From contig JBBIMK010000045.1 in NCBI GenBank assembly GCA_037444445.1, positions 1-10,653 on the forward strand: a stretch of DNA of 10,653 nt. Reading direction: 5' to 3'. How positions within the stretch are numbered: position 1 is the stretch's first letter; every line of letters begins with the position of its first letter. The position numbers and the translations under genes are program-made. Under the pieces are notes generated by a model. It had not been told where the DNA came from. It saw only the letters and a program-made list of their open reading frames with translations, and searched no databases. Positions 9,068 through 10,653 of this stretch are shown here, piece after piece. Origin of the DNA: a bacterium. Its GTDB lineage: Bacteria > UBP7 > UBA6624 > JBBIMK01.

Positions 9068-9099
9068 TTTCGGGGTTCACGGTTCATCGCCCACAGTTC

Positions 9100-9651
9100 T
9101 CACCACAGCACTTCCGCCAGCAGGTGCTTTTTGAGGGTATCCAGGTGAAATTTCAGGGTGTCATCAATAATTTTACCACCCAGGACTACGGCGACGCCTC
9201 CTAACACCTCCGGCTCCACTCGTTCCTTCAAATAGACGCGTTTCTTCGTCTTTTCTTCCAGTTTTTTCACGATGGCTTCCCTCTGGTCGGTGGGAAGAGG
9301 ACGAGCGACCACCAGTTCTCCCCTCAAGATTCCCTGATGTTCCTCCAGCCGTTGCTGGAAGACATCAGCCACGGCCGGGAAGAGGGTGATGCGCCCCCGT
9401 TTCGCCAGGAGTTTCAAGAACTGAAGAAAGGAGGGGCTGAAACCACCTGCCAGTCGCTCCAGAATTCTTTCTTTCTCCTCCCAGGAAATTCGGGGGTGCT
9501 GGAATATCTTTCCCAGTTCCGGGTTCTCTTCCCAGAGGATGCGGAAATCCCTGATCCAGCCTGCCGCTTCCTCCAGGAAATTTTCCTGGAGGGCGTACTG
9601 AAAGAACCCTGCGGCATATCTTCGGGCCGCTCGCTGGTCTTCCGCTCTCAT
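9100..9651 (-). CDS. atpH: F1 ATP synthase delta (OSCP) subunit
   Basis: 183 aa. The C-terminal LGGVAVVLGGKIIDDTLKFHLDTL matches the delta/OSCP signature region. GGAGG SD lies 6 nt before the ATG. Positioned between b and alpha. Confidence 0.85.
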   Translation of the reverse strand: MRAEDQRAARRYAAGFFQYALQENFLEEAAGWIRDFRILWEENPELGKIFQHPRISWEEKERILERLAGGFSPSFLQFLKLLAKRGRITLFPAVADVFQQRLEEHQGILRGELVVARPLPTDQREAIVKKLEEKTKKRVYLKERVEPEVLGGVAVVLGGKIIDDTLKFHLDTLKKHLLAEVLW

Positions 9652-9664
9652 ACTTTGCCTCCAC

Positions 9665-10261
9665 CTACATTTTCAGGGATTCCTCATCCAGTTTTTTGAG
9701 GAAACTCTGGACGAGGCGTTGCTGGCGGGGTTCATTGAGTTCTTCCTGCATCAGCCTGCTTGCCAGAAGCACAGCGGTGTTCACCAGGTCTTCCTGAAGA
9801 GCCTTTCTGGCAGACTCCAGCTCCAGCCGGATGTCCCGCTCTGCCTTCTCCTTCATCTTCTGGATGTCCACCTCGGTCTTCTTCAACAGTTCCTCTCGGA
9901 TTTCCTCACCTCGTTTCACCGCCTGGCGGATGAGTTCCCTTCGCTCCTCATCAATCTTCTCCAGTTTTTCCTCATACCTGACTTTCAATTTCTCCATCTC
10001 CGAAAGGTGGACGGATGCTTTTTCTATATCGCCTTTGATTTTCTGGGTTCGCTCGGCCAGGGAATGGAGGACGCCCTTGAAGAGGAACTGATACAGAAGG
10101 CCGAAAAAGATAAGGAAACTGACAACCTGGGCGATGATGAGTGGGGGGTGAATGGAGAGCCCACCTGCACCCCCTTCTCCTGCTTCTGCCGACATCAGGC
10201 ACAGGAAGATAAATGGAATTATCCAGCCATTCCGATGGAACATCTTTGGTGAAGGTTTCAT
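9665..10261 (-). CDS. atpF: Fo ATP synthase b subunit
   Basis: 198 aa with N-terminal hydrophobic segment(s) followed by a long E/K/R-rich helical region. Positioned between c and delta. The start is uncertain: GAGG directly abuts ATG 10261, and an in-frame TAG 3 nt upstream excludes a longer form. Confidence 0.85.
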   Translation of the reverse strand: MKPSPKMFHRNGWIIPFIFLCLMSAEAGEGGAGGLSIHPPLIIAQVVSFLIFFGLLYQFLFKGVLHSLAERTQKIKGDIEKASVHLSEMEKLKVRYEEKLEKIDEERRELIRQAVKRGEEIREELLKKTEVDIQKMKEKAERDIRLELESARKALQEDLVNTAVLLASRLMQEELNEPRQQRLVQSFLKKLDEESLKM

Positions 10262-10296
10262 CCTCTATTTTTCCATTCCATCCGGGAACCGGGGTT

Positions 10297-10611
10297 TTAC
10301 CCTCCGCCTGCCCCCTTCACCAACTCACCAATTTGCGTGATGGCCGGGATTTTCAGCCAGAGGAGGAAGGCAATCAGCAGGGTGTAAATCGTCAGGGCTT
10401 CAATGAGAGCCAGGCCGATGAGGGCAGCCCCCCGGATGGCACCTGATGCTTCCGGCTGGCGGGCAATGGCTTCCACCGTGCTTTGAAGCCCCCGTCCCAG
10501 CCCCCCCGCTCCAGCGAAGGCGGACACAGCAACTCCGAACCCCGTCGCCAGGGCTAACGCCACATAAAACCACGCAAAACTCCCAAATGCAGAACTTCCT
10601 AATGCTTCCAT
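10297..10611 (-). CDS. atpE: Fo ATP synthase c subunit (proteolipid)
   Basis: 104 aa helical hairpin with an Ala/Gly-rich helix 1 (AFAGAGGLGRG), the ARQPE loop, and the ion-binding Glu in IEALTIY, identical to the chloroplast-type H+ motif EALTIY. Confidence 0.9.
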   Translation of the reverse strand: MEALGSSAFGSFAWFYVALALATGFGVAVSAFAGAGGLGRGLQSTVEAIARQPEASGAIRGAALIGLALIEALTIYTLLIAFLLWLKIPAITQIGELVKGAGGG

Positions 10612-10653
10612 CTTCTATCACCCCTCTCTTTTATTTCGTGTAGGGGACGACCT

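Noticed and set aside
9719-10252. 177-aa plus-strand ORF antisense to atpF (also 9831-10091)
   Set aside because: It is the mirror frame of a Glu/Lys/Arg-rich coiled-coil gene. Antisense of GAA/AAG/CTC-rich codons gives Leu/Phe/Ser-rich stop-free frames by composition alone. It has no RBS, and atpF is strongly supported on the other strand.

Overview
About 8.4 kb of this window (2194-10611) is a single minus-strand housekeeping block. It holds a canonical F1Fo ATP synthase operon in the order atpE(c)-atpF(b)-atpH(delta)-atpA(alpha)-atpG(gamma)-atpD(beta)-atpC(epsilon); atpB presumably lies beyond the right edge. The operon is followed by murA and a small 5-TM membrane protein. These calls rest on motifs read directly from the translations: Walker A GDRQTGKT and [21 protein letters not shown] plus the IEALTIY carboxylate, and PGGCAIGTRPID in MurA. 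The left 2.2 kb is the non-housekeeping part. It carries two plus-strand orphan genes that converge on the block: a 245-aa protein with 28 Cys, no His, a Gly/Phe-rich Cys-free N-terminus and no signal peptide, and a 317-321-aa protein with an N-terminal hydrophobic anchor behind a strong AGGAGG RBS. I recognise no family for either. They are followed by about 395 nt of odd sequence, in which a polypyrimidine tract faces a polypurine tract as a long imperfect inverted repeat. Inside the atp operon three things look unusual. There are two large non-coding gaps (276 nt atpH-atpA, 319 nt atpG-atpD), the second with a near-consensus promoter-like motif and paired hairpins. There is an ATG-TAA start-stop directly in front of atpD. 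The gamma subunit has a Ser/Gly/Pro-rich insertion at the position where chloroplast and cyanobacterial gamma carry their regulatory loop. I saw no rRNA, tRNA, CRISPR array, transposase or integrase. The best candidate for something undescribed is the Cys-rich/anchored-protein gene pair, but function is inference only. No searches or structure predictions could be run.
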